Shown here: piece by piece, positions 7,137-17,481 of the stretch
How positions within the stretch are numbered: the first letter of the stretch is position 1
Layout of the letters: each line of letters starts with the position of its first letter
DNA from: an uncultured Candidatus Rokubacteria bacterium
Lineage (GTDB): Bacteria; Methylomirabilota; Methylomirabilia; Rokubacteriales; CSP1-6
Direction of reading: 5' to 3'
Assembly: GCA_963771355.1 (NCBI GenBank)
Contig: CAVYTA010000005.1
Span: 416,001-480,000 of the forward strand
Length of the DNA: 64,000 bases
Program-made: the position numbers and the translations under genes
The notes under the pieces: model-generated
Databases searched by the model: none
Seen by the model: only the letters and a program-made list of their open reading frames with translations
What the model was told of the DNA's origin: nothing

Positions 7137-8915
7137 ATGTGCGGGATCTTCGGTTACGTGGGCAGCGACGGAGAGGCCGCCGGCATCGTGCTGCGAGGCC
7201 TGCGACGGCTCGAGTATCGGGGCTATGACTCGTGGGGCATCGCGGTCGCCACCGGCCGGACCGTGGTGGTCGACAAGCGCGTCGGCAAGATCGGCGAGGC
7301 GGTGGCCAGCCTGCCGAGCAGCCGCTTCGGCATCGGGCACACGCGCTGGGCGACTCACGGGGGGGTCACGGTGCCCAATTCGCACCCGCACCTCGACTGC
7401 AGCGGACGCCTCGCGCTCGTCCACAACGGCATTGTCTCGAACTACGGGGAGCTCCGGCAGCGGCTGGGGCGGGCCGGTCACCGCTTCCGGTCGGAGACCG
7501 ATACCGAGGTCGTGGCGCACCTCATCGAGGAACATCTGGCCGACACGCCGGCGGGGCCCGAGCAGCTCGCCCGCGCCACCATGGCCGCGTTCCGCCACCT
7601 GCACGGGCTGAACGCGATCGCGGTGCTCGATGGGGAGAAGGGCCAGCTCGCCGCCGCGAAGAGCGGCTCGCCGCTGGTGCTGGGCTGGAGCGACGGAGGG
7701 CATCTGCTGGCCTCCGACCAGGGCGCGATCCTCGAGCGCACCCGCCGGGTGACGTTCGTCGAGGACGGTCAAGCCGCGCTGGTGACGGCGGAGGGGCACC
7801 GCCTCTTCGACGTGGTCACCGGGCGCGAGCTCCAGCCCAAGGTCATGGAGCTCGACGGCGAGGCCAGCGCCAGCGACCGCGCGGGCCATCCGGATTTCAT
7901 GACCAAGGAAACGTACGAGCAGCCGGCGGTGCTGCGTCGGCTCGCGGGTCCCGGCGCCGATCACGCGCGTCGTCTCGCCGGTCATCTGGCCGGCGCGCGC
8001 GACGTGGTCGCGGTCGGTTGCGGCACCGCCGGCTATGCGGCGCTGGCCGCCCAGTACCTGCTCGGGTCCATCGCCGGCCGGCGCGTCTCGGCGGTGGCCG
8101 GATCGGAGTTCAGCCATCTCGCCCCGTTCCTGGGGGCCGGCTCGCTCGTGCTGGCGTTCTCCCAGAGCGGGGAGACGATCGACGTGATCGAGGCCGCCCA
8201 GGCGGCGAAGGCGCGGGGAGCCCGGGTGGTGGCCATCGTCAACGTGGAGGGCTCGTCGCTCTGGCGCCTGGCCGACGACGCGATCCCGCTCGGGGCCGGG
8301 CCCGAGCAATGCGTGCTGTCCACCAAGAGCTTCACCGCCAAGCTCGCCCTCCTCGTGCTGACCGGCTACGCCGTGGCCGGACGGCCCGAGGAGGGGCAGG
8401 CGCTGGTGGCGGCCGCCGCCGACGAGGTGGAGCGGTTTCTCGGCGACGATCGGCGGGCGCTCATCGGTCAGATCGCCGAGGCCATCCAGGATCGCGCGCA
8501 CCTCTTCGCCATCGGGCGGGGATCGAGCTATCCGCTCGCGCTGGAGACGGCCCTGAAGGTGAAGGAGGTGAGCTACATGCACGCAGAGGGCTTCGCCGGC
8601 GGCGAGCTGAAGCACGGGGTCATCGCCCTCATCGAGCCGGGCACGCCCTGCATCGCCCTGGCGCCGTGCGACACCACCCGCGACGATGTGCTCGGCGGCG
8701 CGATGCAGGTAAAGGCGCGCGGGGCCCGCGTCATCGGCGTTTCCCCGGCGCCGCACGAGGCCTTCGACCACCATGTTCGCGTGGCCGACCTGGGGCCGGC
8801 GACCGCCATCGTCAACGCGATCCCGGCCCAGCTCCTGGGCTACGACCTCGCGCGCCTCCGCGGCCACGATCCCGACAAGCCACGGAATCTGGCCAAGAGC
8901 GTCACCGTGAAGTAG
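7137..8915 (+). CDS. glmS: Glutamine--fructose-6-phosphate aminotransferase (isomerizing)
   Basis: MCGIFG N-terminal nucleophile, LEYRGYDS, GHTRWATHG, SQSGET, C-terminal PRNLAKSVT. Confidence 0.97.
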   Translation: MCGIFGYVGSDGEAAGIVLRGLRRLEYRGYDSWGIAVATGRTVVVDKRVGKIGEAVASLPSSRFGIGHTRWATHGGVTVPNSHPHLDCSGRLALVHNGIVSNYGELRQRLGRAGHRFRSETDTEVVAHLIEEHLADTPAGPEQLARATMAAFRHLHGLNAIAVLDGEKGQLAAAKSGSPLVLGWSDGGHLLASDQGAILERTRRVTFVEDGQAALVTAEGHRLFDVVTGRELQPKVMELDGEASASDRAGHPDFMTKETYEQPAVLRRLAGPGADHARRLAGHLAGARDVVAVGCGTAGYAALAAQYLLGSIAGRRVSAVAGSEFSHLAPFLGAGSLVLAFSQSGETIDVIEAAQAAKARGARVVAIVNVEGSSLWRLADDAIPLGAGPEQCVLSTKSFTAKLALLVLTGYAVAGRPEEGQALVAAAADEVERFLGDDRRALIGQIAEAIQDRAHLFAIGRGSSYPLALETALKVKEVSYMHAEGFAGGELKHGVIALIEPGTPCIALAPCDTTRDDVLGGAMQVKARGARVIGVSPAPHEAFDHHVRVADLGPATAIVNAIPAQLLGYDLARLRGHDPDKPRNLAKSVTVK

Positions 8916-8931
8916 CGCCCGAGAGCCGGTG

Positions 8932-11900
8932 TCACGGCGAGCCACGACCTTTTCCGCGGGCGCGCTCCACGCGGGCAAGCTGGTCGAGATCGCCCAGCGC
9001 CTCCAGGACGTGCATGCCGGCCTCGAGCTCGCTCTGATCGCCGGTGAGGAGCGCCCGCTCGCAGCGAACCCGCGCGGCGTAAGGCACCGCACCGGTCTCT
9101 TCGAAGATCCCGAGGGCGCGCGTCAGCTCGGCGGTGTCTCGCATCGAGATGCCGAGCGCCCGTCGGGCCTGCGCCTCGAGCAGCTTCAGGCTGTCGGCGG
9201 CGGCACTGGTCACGATCCGCTGGATCGCCTCGGGGGCGAGCGATCGGTCGAGGTCGGAATACAGCGAGAGCGTGCGCTCGACGAGCTGCTGCCGCGCGCG
9301 CGGGATCGTGCCGAACCCTCCGATGACTTCTGCCTCCAGCGCTTCGATGTCTCCGCGGCCATACGGGCGCAGGCGCCCAAATAGGGAGTCGGCGGCAAAG
9401 TGTTTCAGGATCTCATCGAGCACCGCCCGATACCGGTCAACGAGCTGGGTGTCGTGACGGGCCCGCCCGACATCCAGGGCGGCGATGAAGCCATGGACGC
9501 AGTAGGCCGCCGGGATGAGTCCGCCTTCGGCCCAGATCTTCCGGGCGTGCTCGGCGACGGCGAGCGCCTCGTCCCACCGCCCGAGGAGCGTCAGGGCGTA
9601 CGCCCGCCAGGCCGCGGAGTGGAGCCCCCACCAGTGCACCTGGCCGGATTGAAAGAGACCCAGCGCGGAGGCGGTCGAGCGATCCGCCTGGGCGAGATCG
9701 CCCAGGAGGGCCGACGCCCACGCCACCATGGTATGGGCGTCGAGGCGTTCATGGAGATCCAGGCGATCCTCGAAGGCGAGGCGCTGCTGGGCAAACTGTC
9801 GGGACTGCGCGAACGCCCCGCGCGCTTTCGCGCAACTGGTGAGCGCGTCGAGCGCGGCGCTGCGGAGCCGGGGATCGTCGAGGCGCTCGGCAATCGCCAG
9901 GCCGCGTCCCGTACTCGCCTCGGCTTCGGCGATGTCCGCCGCCGTGGCCTGCGCCCCTCGCCAGAACGGATAGAACCCGTCCGCGATCAGGAAGCTCGCA
10001 ATGGCCTGCTCATCACGGGCCCGGGAGACGAGCGTCCGGCCATCCGTGCGGAGTCGCTGGATCTCCTCCTCGGACGGGCGGTTCCCCACCGTCCCCTGAA
10101 ACCGTGTGTACCGGGTGAGGAGGCTGCCCAGGACGCGCAGCTCCTGGTCGATCGGCCGGCCTAGCTCCCGGCAGAGGCGAAGCGCAACCCGGGAGGCCTC
10201 CGCCCCTTCGTCTCCCCCCGACACGTCACCGAGGCGCTCTTGCAGCTCCGGGAGATCGTCGGAGGCCGCCAGCTCGATGGCCGCGCGCAGGTGGCGGGCC
10301 GCTTCGGCGGTGGCGGCGCCGGCCGCGGCGACGTCGGCCGCGCGCTTGAGCCAGCTCACTGCCCTTCGCCGGATCTCGACCACGTCGAGCTGCGCGATCT
10401 TGGTCACGCTGGTGAGCGTGGCGGCTTCACGAAAGTGATAGGCGATCAGCTCGGCGAGCGCGTCCTCTTGCCCGCCGGCGCGGGCTTCGAGCCGGCGCGC
10501 GGCGGCGGCGTGCAAGTTCGCTCGTTCTGCGCGAAGCAGCGTCTGATAGGCCACCTCTCGGATCAGAATGTGGCGGAAGGCGAAGCTGTCTCCGGCCGAT
10601 GGCCGGATGAGATCCTTCTGGATAAGACGATCCAGCAGCGAGTCGGTATGGGATGCCAGATCCGGTCCGAGGGCGGCGATTCCGTCCGCGCGGAACGCCC
10701 GCCCGAATACCGCGCCGAGCTGCAAGACTCGCCTCTCCTCGGGCTCCAGGAGGTCGAGTCGGGCCAGGATGGTCGCCTGAATCGTGTCGGGGAGGGTCGC
10801 GAGCGTCTGCTCGAGGGCCGCGTCGTCGTTCAGCGAGAGGACGCGTTCCGTGATCGACTGGACAATCTCCGCCGCGAAGAAGGGGTTGCCTTCGGCGCGG
10901 ACCACGACACGCTCGACGATCTGCGGGGCACTCGAGCCGATCCGGTCGCGAACCAGTTGCGCGACCGAGTCGTCGCTGAGCGGCTCCAGGGACATGGAGA
11001 CGTAGTTCCGCCGGCCTCCTCCCCATCCCGGGCGCCGATCGAGCAGCTCCGGACGGGTCAGGGCGACCATCAGCACTGCCGCATCGCCTCGGGGCTGCAC
11101 GATGACCTCCACGAGATCGAGGAGGCTGTCACTCGACCAGTGCAGATCTTCGAATACCAGGACGAGCGGCGACCGTCGCGCCGCCACCTCGACGGCCGTG
11201 CGCCACGCGGCAAAAAGCGCGGTCCGGTCGATCACCTCCGGTTCACCGGCGCCGATGGTCGCGGCGAGGAGGTCGGCCACCCGCTCGGGCGATTCGACGC
11301 CGCGGTCGTGAAGCCAGACCCGGATCTCCTCGCGCACGGTTTCCGGCGCCGCCTCGTCCTTCAAGCCGACCAGGCGGATCAGGAGGGCGCGAAGCGGCCA
11401 GTAGGTGACCCGCTGGCCGTAGGGAAGGCACTGGGCGATTGCCACCGTCGCGTCGGACGAGAGGGCGGGCAGCCGAAGCAGAAACTCTTCGACGAGGCGC
11501 GTCTTCCCGGCCCCCGCGGGGGCGACGAGGCTCACGAGAAATGGCCGGCGGTCGGTGAAGGCCCGCCGGGCGACGAGCTCGAGCTGCGCCAGGTCGTCAT
11601 CCCGGCCGATGAGCGGAAAGCGGGACCGCGTGACCTCGGCCGCCCGCCCGAGGAGGGGCAGCGCCTGGATCGGCAGCCGCTTTCCCTTGACGTCGATCTC
11701 GGTCGGCTTCCCCAGGTTGAACCGGTCTCGAGCAGCCCGGGCGGTCCGCTCGCCGCACAGGATGGACCACGGCTCGGCCGCCTGCTGCAGGCGCGCTGCA
11801 ATGTTCACCGCGTCGCCGGTGATCAGGAAGTCGCTTGACGCGTTGTCACGCGTGGCGACCACTTCGCCCGTGTTCACCCCGATTCGTACCGTGTGCTGGG

Positions 11901-12186
11901 GAGCGAGCTTCGGGTCCACCCGGACGCGGTCGCGGATCTCGAGCGCCGCCGACATCGCGCGCTGCGCATCGTCGCCGTGGGCGTGGGGCAGCCCGAAGAC
12001 GGCCATGACCGCGTCGCCGATGGACTTCTCGACGGTGCCGCCGTGCGTGCCGACCACCTCTCTCGCAATGTTGTAATAGCGCGTCTGGAGGGCTTGAACA
12101 TCCTCGGGATCACGCGCCTCGCCGAGCATGGTCGTGCCCGCGATGTCGGCGAACAGCACGGTGACGATGCGGCGCTCTTCGGCCAT
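8932..12186 (-). CDS. Class III adenylate/guanylate cyclase + STAND AAA ATPase + helical repeats
   Basis: VLFADIAG, VEKSIGDAVM, GDAVNIAARL; Walker A APAGAGKT, Walker B VFEDLHW; start MAEERR at 12186. Confidence 0.9.
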   Translation of the reverse strand: MAEERRIVTVLFADIAGTTMLGEARDPEDVQALQTRYYNIAREVVGTHGGTVEKSIGDAVMAVFGLPHAHGDDAQRAMSAALEIRDRVRVDPKLAPQHTVRIGVNTGEVVATRDNASSDFLITGDAVNIAARLQQAAEPWSILCGERTARAARDRFNLGKPTEIDVKGKRLPIQALPLLGRAAEVTRSRFPLIGRDDDLAQLELVARRAFTDRRPFLVSLVAPAGAGKTRLVEEFLLRLPALSSDATVAIAQCLPYGQRVTYWPLRALLIRLVGLKDEAAPETVREEIRVWLHDRGVESPERVADLLAATIGAGEPEVIDRTALFAAWRTAVEVAARRSPLVLVFEDLHWSSDSLLDLVEVIVQPRGDAAVLMVALTRPELLDRRPGWGGGRRNYVSMSLEPLSDDSVAQLVRDRIGSSAPQIVERVVVRAEGNPFFAAEIVQSITERVLSLNDDAALEQTLATLPDTIQATILARLDLLEPEERRVLQLGAVFGRAFRADGIAALGPDLASHTDSLLDRLIQKDLIRPSAGDSFAFRHILIREVAYQTLLRAERANLHAAAARRLEARAGGQEDALAELIAYHFREAATLTSVTKIAQLDVVEIRRRAVSWLKRAADVAAAGAATAEAARHLRAAIELAASDDLPELQERLGDVSGGDEGAEASRVALRLCRELGRPIDQELRVLGSLLTRYTRFQGTVGNRPSEEEIQRLRTDGRTLVSRARDEQAIASFLIADGFYPFWRGAQATAADIAEAEASTGRGLAIAERLDDPRLRSAALDALTSCAKARGAFAQSRQFAQQRLAFEDRLDLHERLDAHTMVAWASALLGDLAQADRSTASALGLFQSGQVHWWGLHSAAWRAYALTLLGRWDEALAVAEHARKIWAEGGLIPAAYCVHGFIAALDVGRARHDTQLVDRYRAVLDEILKHFAADSLFGRLRPYGRGDIEALEAEVIGGFGTIPRARQQLVERTLSLYSDLDRSLAPEAIQRIVTSAAADSLKLLEAQARRALGISMRDTAELTRALGIFEETGAVPYAARVRCERALLTGDQSELEAGMHVLEALGDLDQLARVERARGKGRGSP

Positions 12187-12193
12187 TCTGCGC

Positions 12194-15100
12194 TCAGAAG
12201 GCCGTGCGCTTGGCTTGCGCCAGGACCCGGTCGGTGTCGGCAACCAGAGGCCCGGCGCGGAGCGCGTCGAATGCTCTCCGAGCCTCGCCCAGGTGGGCGA
12301 CCGCCTCGTGAGGCCGACCCACCGCCACCAGGCAGCGGCCCGCCCCCAATGCCGCCTGCCCGTGCTCCAGGGCGAACCCGTAGCTCGCCCAGTGCGCCGC
12401 CACCTCGGCGTAGAGTGCGCTTGCCGCATCCGGGCGGCCTTGAGCTTCGGTGAGCACGGCACGGCCCGCGAGCACGGAGTATTGGTGGCGGGGCGCGCGG
12501 TGAGCGCTGCTGTCCAGCAGGCGTTCGGCGAGACGGATCGCGCCCGCCGCCACACTCACTCGGAGCGCCTCGGGCAGGTGACGGGCCCGAAAGACCGGGC
12601 GATCCCGAGTGATCTCCTCGATCTCCTCGATCAGCCGCACGGTCGTCACGTGGTTGCCGCGTGTGTGCTCGATGAGCGAGACGACGGCCACGGCGGGGAC
12701 GAGCACCTGGGGGTCCCGGATTTCCCGGGCGCGCGGCAGGAACTCCTCCGCGAGGACATGCGCCTGGCTCAGCTCCCCGCGGCACACCAAGACGTACGCC
12801 ATGTACGTCAGCGCGACGACGGTGACCTGACCCCCGCCCTGCCGCCGGTCCCTCTCGATCAAGTCGCCGGCGATGCGAAGCAGCTCGTCCCATCGCCCGA
12901 GATCGAACAGGGGCCAGAGCGTCTCCGCTTCGGCCCACATGACCGGAAGGGTGAGCCCCCGCCGCTCTCCAAACTCGATTCCCGCTCGCTTCACGTCGAG
13001 AGCCTGGGCGGGGCCCTCGACGACCCACACCCAGTCGCCGAGGTTTCCGTAGGACCGGATGGTTTCGTTCCCCAGGCCGAGATCCAGGCTGAGGCGAAGC
13101 GCTTCCCGGAGGTCGGCGAGGCCTCCGACCAGGTCGTCGAGCTGGCACCGCGCAAGGCCCCGGAGCTGACGCGCTCGGATGGCCTCGGCATCGAGCCCGA
13201 GGTCCTCGGCGAGGGCAAGGGCTTTCTCCGACCACACCGCGCAATCAGGAGAACGGTTGGCGACCATGTGGTCGGCCGCGCTATGCGTGTAGGCCAAGGC
13301 CAGCTCGCGTCCGGGCGGCTCGCGCTCGAGCAGCTCGATTGCCTGCGCGAGAAGCGCCCGCTTTCGGTCGGTCTCCCCCCGGAACCAGTACGTTCTGGCC
13401 AGTCGCACCATCGACTCGCCCGCGCCGAGGATCGCCCCCTGCGCGTGGAACTCGACGATCGCCTCCTCGAAGTCACGCTGGGCCTCGGACAGCCGGCCCC
13501 CGACGAGGGCGGCCTCGGCGGTCTTCCCGAGTAGCCTGGCCCGCTCGGGATGAAGCGGGGGAGAGAGCTTGAGCGCCTGCCGGTAGAAGGCCTCTGCCTT
13601 CCGGGCATCGAACTCGAGCGCTCGGTCGCCGGCCATGATCAGGTAGCGCCGGACCTGCGCCTCCAGCTCGTGCGTGTCATCATCCAGGCCGGCCGCCTTC
13701 GCAAGCTGAAGAGCCTGTCCGTAGTGGTGCGCGAGGATGTCGGCGTGGTCGGTCACGCGTTCGCCGGCCAGGCGCTCGATCCAGGCGGCCGCCGTCCGGT
13801 GCTTGCGCACCCGCGCCGCTCGGGGGATCTGCTGGTAGGCGACGTCGCGGATGAGCAGGTGCCGAAACGAATACTCCGCCTCACCCTTGACCGACGAGGT
13901 CCGAACGGGACGCAGGAGCTCCTTTCGGGCGACCATCTGCAACCCTTCTTCCACCACTCGCTCGTCGAGCCCGCTCATGAAGGCGAGCGCGCCCACCCAG
14001 AAGACGGTGCCCACGACGGCGGCGTCGTGGAGCAGCGCCTTCCGCTCAGCCGGGAGCGTGTCGAGACGGGCGGCGATCACGGCCTGGATGGTCTCGGGGA
14101 TCGGGATGGCGGCGCCGGCCGCAACCTGCATGGTCTGTCCCCGATGTTCGACGATCCCGCGGTCAGCGAGCATGCGAGCGAATTCCCCCGCGTAGAGCGG
14201 GTTTCCGCCGGCTCGCTCGAGCAGCGCGGTCTGCGTGTCATCCGGGAGCTCCACGCCGGGGAGGTGTGCGGCGATCAGCCGGCTCGTCTCTTCACGAGAG
14301 AGGGGGGCAAGCGAGATGGTGGTGGAGTCCCGCTTGCCGCCACCCCATCCGGGATGGCGCTCGAAGAGCTCAGGCCTGGTGGTGCAGACCACCAGGAACG
14401 GCAGACCCGCCGCCCAGTCCACGAGATACTCCACGAACTCGAGCAATGGCGCGCCGGCCCAGTGCACGTCCTCGAAGACCAGGACCAGCGGTTGGTCGTC
14501 CGCGACGGCCTCGAGGAAACGCCGCCAAGCGGCAAAGGATTCGGATCGCTCGGCCAGGCCCCCGGCGCCGGGGGTGCTCGCGCCGACCAGGAGGGCGAGG
14601 CGGGTCTTGAGCCAGTCTCGCTCGGTGGGATCTTCAATGATGGCCCCGATGGCCGCCGCGAGCTTGTCGGAGGCCTCGTGTGGACTGTCGGATTCCAGGA
14701 TTCCCGCCTGACTCTTGACGATCTCCCCCAGCGCCCAGAAGGTGATGCCCTCCCCATAGGGAAGGCATCGGCCTTGTCGCCAGCGCGCCCCCTGCGGCTG
14801 CCAGTCGACGAAGGCGCGGAACTCGCGGACCAGGCGACTTTTCCCGAGCCCCGGCTCGCCGGCCACCGTGATGAGCTGGGCCGAACCCTCTCGCGCGGCA
14901 CGAGCATAGAGGGCCTTCAGGAGGGCCAGCTCGTGGGTGCGGCCGATGAAGGGGGAGAGCGTCGCCTCGGCGGGATCGGCGCCGTATCGCCCGCGGGAGG
15001 CTTTGGCTCGCCACACCCGCATTGGCTCGACCTGCTCTTTGACCGAGACGGGATCGAGCGCCTCATAGTCCACCAGATGCCGGGTCGTCCGATAGGTGGC

Positions 15101-15547
15101 CTCGTCGACGACTACCGCTCCGACCGGGGCGATCGCCTGGAGGCGGGCCGCCGTGTTCACGACGTCGCCGGTCGCAACGCCCTCGCCTTCCACTCTCCTG
15201 GCCCCGCGCCCCACCACCGCTTCCCCGGTGGTGACGGCGGCCCGCAGGGCCAGCTCGAGCCCTGGCTCGGCTGCGTTCAGCTCCTGGACCGCCTCGACGA
15301 TGCGAAGGGCCGCCCGCACCGCTCGCTCGGCGTCGTCCTCATGGCCGACGGGCGCGCCGAAGGCGGCCATGACGGCGTCGCCGATGAACTTCTCCACGGT
15401 GCCGCCCCACCGCACGAGCTCTTGTCTCACGCAGGCGTAGTATGGCCGCAGCGTGCTTCGGATATCCTCGGGATCCGCTTGATCCGATCGCGCGACGAAC
15501 CCGACAAGGTCGACGCACAGGATGGACACGACTTTCCGCTCTTGCAT
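12194..15547 (-). CDS. Class III adenylate/guanylate cyclase + STAND AAA ATPase + TPR-like repeats
   Basis: LCVDLVGF, VEKFIGDAVM, GDVVNTAARL; GEPGLGKS, VFEDVHW; start uncertain (15547 or slightly upstream). Confidence 0.9.
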   Translation of the reverse strand: MQERKVVSILCVDLVGFVARSDQADPEDIRSTLRPYYACVRQELVRWGGTVEKFIGDAVMAAFGAPVGHEDDAERAVRAALRIVEAVQELNAAEPGLELALRAAVTTGEAVVGRGARRVEGEGVATGDVVNTAARLQAIAPVGAVVVDEATYRTTRHLVDYEALDPVSVKEQVEPMRVWRAKASRGRYGADPAEATLSPFIGRTHELALLKALYARAAREGSAQLITVAGEPGLGKSRLVREFRAFVDWQPQGARWRQGRCLPYGEGITFWALGEIVKSQAGILESDSPHEASDKLAAAIGAIIEDPTERDWLKTRLALLVGASTPGAGGLAERSESFAAWRRFLEAVADDQPLVLVFEDVHWAGAPLLEFVEYLVDWAAGLPFLVVCTTRPELFERHPGWGGGKRDSTTISLAPLSREETSRLIAAHLPGVELPDDTQTALLERAGGNPLYAGEFARMLADRGIVEHRGQTMQVAAGAAIPIPETIQAVIAARLDTLPAERKALLHDAAVVGTVFWVGALAFMSGLDERVVEEGLQMVARKELLRPVRTSSVKGEAEYSFRHLLIRDVAYQQIPRAARVRKHRTAAAWIERLAGERVTDHADILAHHYGQALQLAKAAGLDDDTHELEAQVRRYLIMAGDRALEFDARKAEAFYRQALKLSPPLHPERARLLGKTAEAALVGGRLSEAQRDFEEAIVEFHAQGAILGAGESMVRLARTYWFRGETDRKRALLAQAIELLEREPPGRELALAYTHSAADHMVANRSPDCAVWSEKALALAEDLGLDAEAIRARQLRGLARCQLDDLVGGLADLREALRLSLDLGLGNETIRSYGNLGDWVWVVEGPAQALDVKRAGIEFGERRGLTLPVMWAEAETLWPLFDLGRWDELLRIAGDLIERDRRQGGGQVTVVALTYMAYVLVCRGELSQAHVLAEEFLPRAREIRDPQVLVPAVAVVSLIEHTRGNHVTTVRLIEEIEEITRDRPVFRARHLPEALRVSVAAGAIRLAERLLDSSAHRAPRHQYSVLAGRAVLTEAQGRPDAASALYAEVAAHWASYGFALEHGQAALGAGRCLVAVGRPHEAVAHLGEARRAFDALRAGPLVADTDRVLAQAKRTAF

Positions 15548-15770
15548 CCGATCGGGAAGCGACGGCCCGGGCGCGACGTCACGGTGACGCTGAGGCTCGT
15601 TCAAGGCGCGCCCTCGCTCCCGACCGCCCGCACCTGCGCCTGCGCCCAGCCCTCCCGCGTCAACCGTTATCTCCTTGCCCCTGCTCGCGCGCCACGCTCG
15701 CACCCCGAGAAGGCGAAGTCAAGCGCCGGCAAGGGCGATGCCCCTTTGCCATCACCGGCGCCAGGCGCCA

Positions 15771-16316
15771 TCAAGTCTGGCGGCGTTCGTAAGGAATCGG
15801 CCCAGCGTACTCGACCTGGAGCGGCGCCCACCGATCGGCCCACCGGCGCGCGAGCGTGCCCGCGAGCTGCTGCAGGTGCAGCCGGTCGTGGGCCACCCAG
15901 CTCGCCAGAAGGTCGAGTCCGGAAAGGCGTCGGCCACTGGGCGTCTCGGCGGTTCCGAGCAAGCGATCAGGTTGCACGGAGTCGAGCAACTCGAGGCTGA
16001 TCATGCGCCGCGCCTGAAAGGCCGCCAACGCCTGCGACGGATTCGCCTGCTGATACTGCCGAGCCACCGCCAGCCGCTCCGGGTCGATGGGCTCGAACCG
16101 CGCTCCTCCCTCGAGGATGACTCGCAGGCGGGCGCCAAAGTCCTCCGTCTCCTCGTCCCGCAGGTGGCAGACGATCTCGACCGGCGCCCACTCGCCGGGC
16201 GCCGGTCGAGCCCTCCAGGTCGCCTCATCCAGCTCGCCCACCAGCAGCTCGAGCAGCGTGGAGAAGCGCGCCAGCTCGCGGCGCGTCTCGTTGAGCAGGT
16301 CACGAGCATCAGTCAT
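15771..16316 (-). CDS. DinB family protein
   Basis: EWAPVEIVCHLRDEE and AHDRLHLQQL; AAGGAG RBS. Confidence 0.85.
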   Translation of the reverse strand: MTDARDLLNETRRELARFSTLLELLVGELDEATWRARPAPGEWAPVEIVCHLRDEETEDFGARLRVILEGGARFEPIDPERLAVARQYQQANPSQALAAFQARRMISLELLDSVQPDRLLGTAETPSGRRLSGLDLLASWVAHDRLHLQQLAGTLARRWADRWAPLQVEYAGPIPYERRQT

Positions 16317-16345
16317 CGCCGGACTCCTTGCGCCCGCCGCTCCTA

Positions 16346-17481
16346 GTGTTCCGTATAGGAAGTCAGGTTAATATATGCCATGGCATTCTCCAAGGAGGGA
16401 ATCCATGGCCAATCACGTTCGTCCCATCGTCGTCAGCGCGGCCGATCGGCGTGAACTGGAGCGCCTGCAGCGGTCGCCCGCCGTGCGCGCCGGGCTCAAT
16501 CGGCGAGCGCGGGCGGTCCTGCTGATGGCCCAGGGCGTCGCGGGAGTGGAGATCGCCGCCCGGACCGGCTACACCGTGGTGCAAGTCGGCCGGCTGCGCC
16601 GTCGGTTCGCCGAGCACGGCGTGGCGGGCCTGGGTGACCGCCCCCGGTCGGGCCGGCCGCCGACCATCACCGCGCGGAAGCGGGCCCAGATCGTCGCGCT
16701 GACCCTGAAGCCGCCCGCCGCCGGCCTCACCCATTGGTCGACCCGGGATCTCGCCCGGCAGGCGGGTGTGTCCCACGGGACGGTGCACCGCCTCTGGCGC
16801 GCCCACGCCCTGAAGCCCCATCAAATCTCAACCTTCAAGTTCACCACCGACCCCGCGGCCGAGGACAAGATTTACGACGTCGTCGGCCTGTACCTGAATC
16901 CGCCGACGAATGCGGTGGTGGTGAGCCTCGACGAGAAAACCCAGATCCAGGCGCTGAGCCGCACCCAGCCGCTGCTGCCCTTGCGCCCGGGCCTGCCCGC
17001 TCGCCAGACGCACGACTATCAACGCAATGGCCTGACGAGCCTGTATGCGGCGCTGGAGATCGCCAGCGGCCGGGTGCTGGGCGAGTGCACGCCGCGGCAC
17101 ACGGCGGCCGACTTCTTGCGCTTCATGCAGCGCGTGGCCCGCCGGTACCGCGGCCGGGCGGTGCACGTGGTCCTGGACAACTCCTCGACGCACTCGACCC
17201 TGGCGGTGCAGCAGGGCTCGGCGCGATCGGAGATCCACTTTCACTTCACCCCGAAGGGCGCCTCGTGGCTCAACATGGTCGAGGCGTGGTTCGGGATCCT
17301 CACGCGCAAGTCGGTGCGACGGGGCTCGTTCGACACCGTGCGCGCCCTGATCCGTCACCTCCACGCCTACATCGCCGACTGGAATACGCATCCCACCCCG
17401 TTCGTGTGGACCAAAGACCCGGCGGCCATCGTCAAGAAGGCGCTCGGTCGTGGCCGTTAACATGACTTCACAGACGGAAAC
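16346..17481 (+). mobile_element. IS630-family insertion sequence
   Basis: Imperfect terminal inverted repeats TAGTGTTCCGTATAGGAAGTCAGGTTA versus rc TAGT-TTCCGTCTGTGAAGTCATGTTA; TA duplication (16344-45, 17482-83) within CTAG. Confidence 0.9.
16405..17460 (+). CDS. IS630 transposase
   Basis: HTH region (DRPRSGRP, HWSTR), DDE triad SLDEKT / VLDN / WLNMVE, PFVWT. Confidence 0.93.
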   Translation: MANHVRPIVVSAADRRELERLQRSPAVRAGLNRRARAVLLMAQGVAGVEIAARTGYTVVQVGRLRRRFAEHGVAGLGDRPRSGRPPTITARKRAQIVALTLKPPAAGLTHWSTRDLARQAGVSHGTVHRLWRAHALKPHQISTFKFTTDPAAEDKIYDVVGLYLNPPTNAVVVSLDEKTQIQALSRTQPLLPLRPGLPARQTHDYQRNGLTSLYAALEIASGRVLGECTPRHTAADFLRFMQRVARRYRGRAVHVVLDNSSTHSTLAVQQGSARSEIHFHFTPKGASWLNMVEAWFGILTRKSVRRGSFDTVRALIRHLHAYIADWNTHPTPFVWTKDPAAIVKKALGRGR

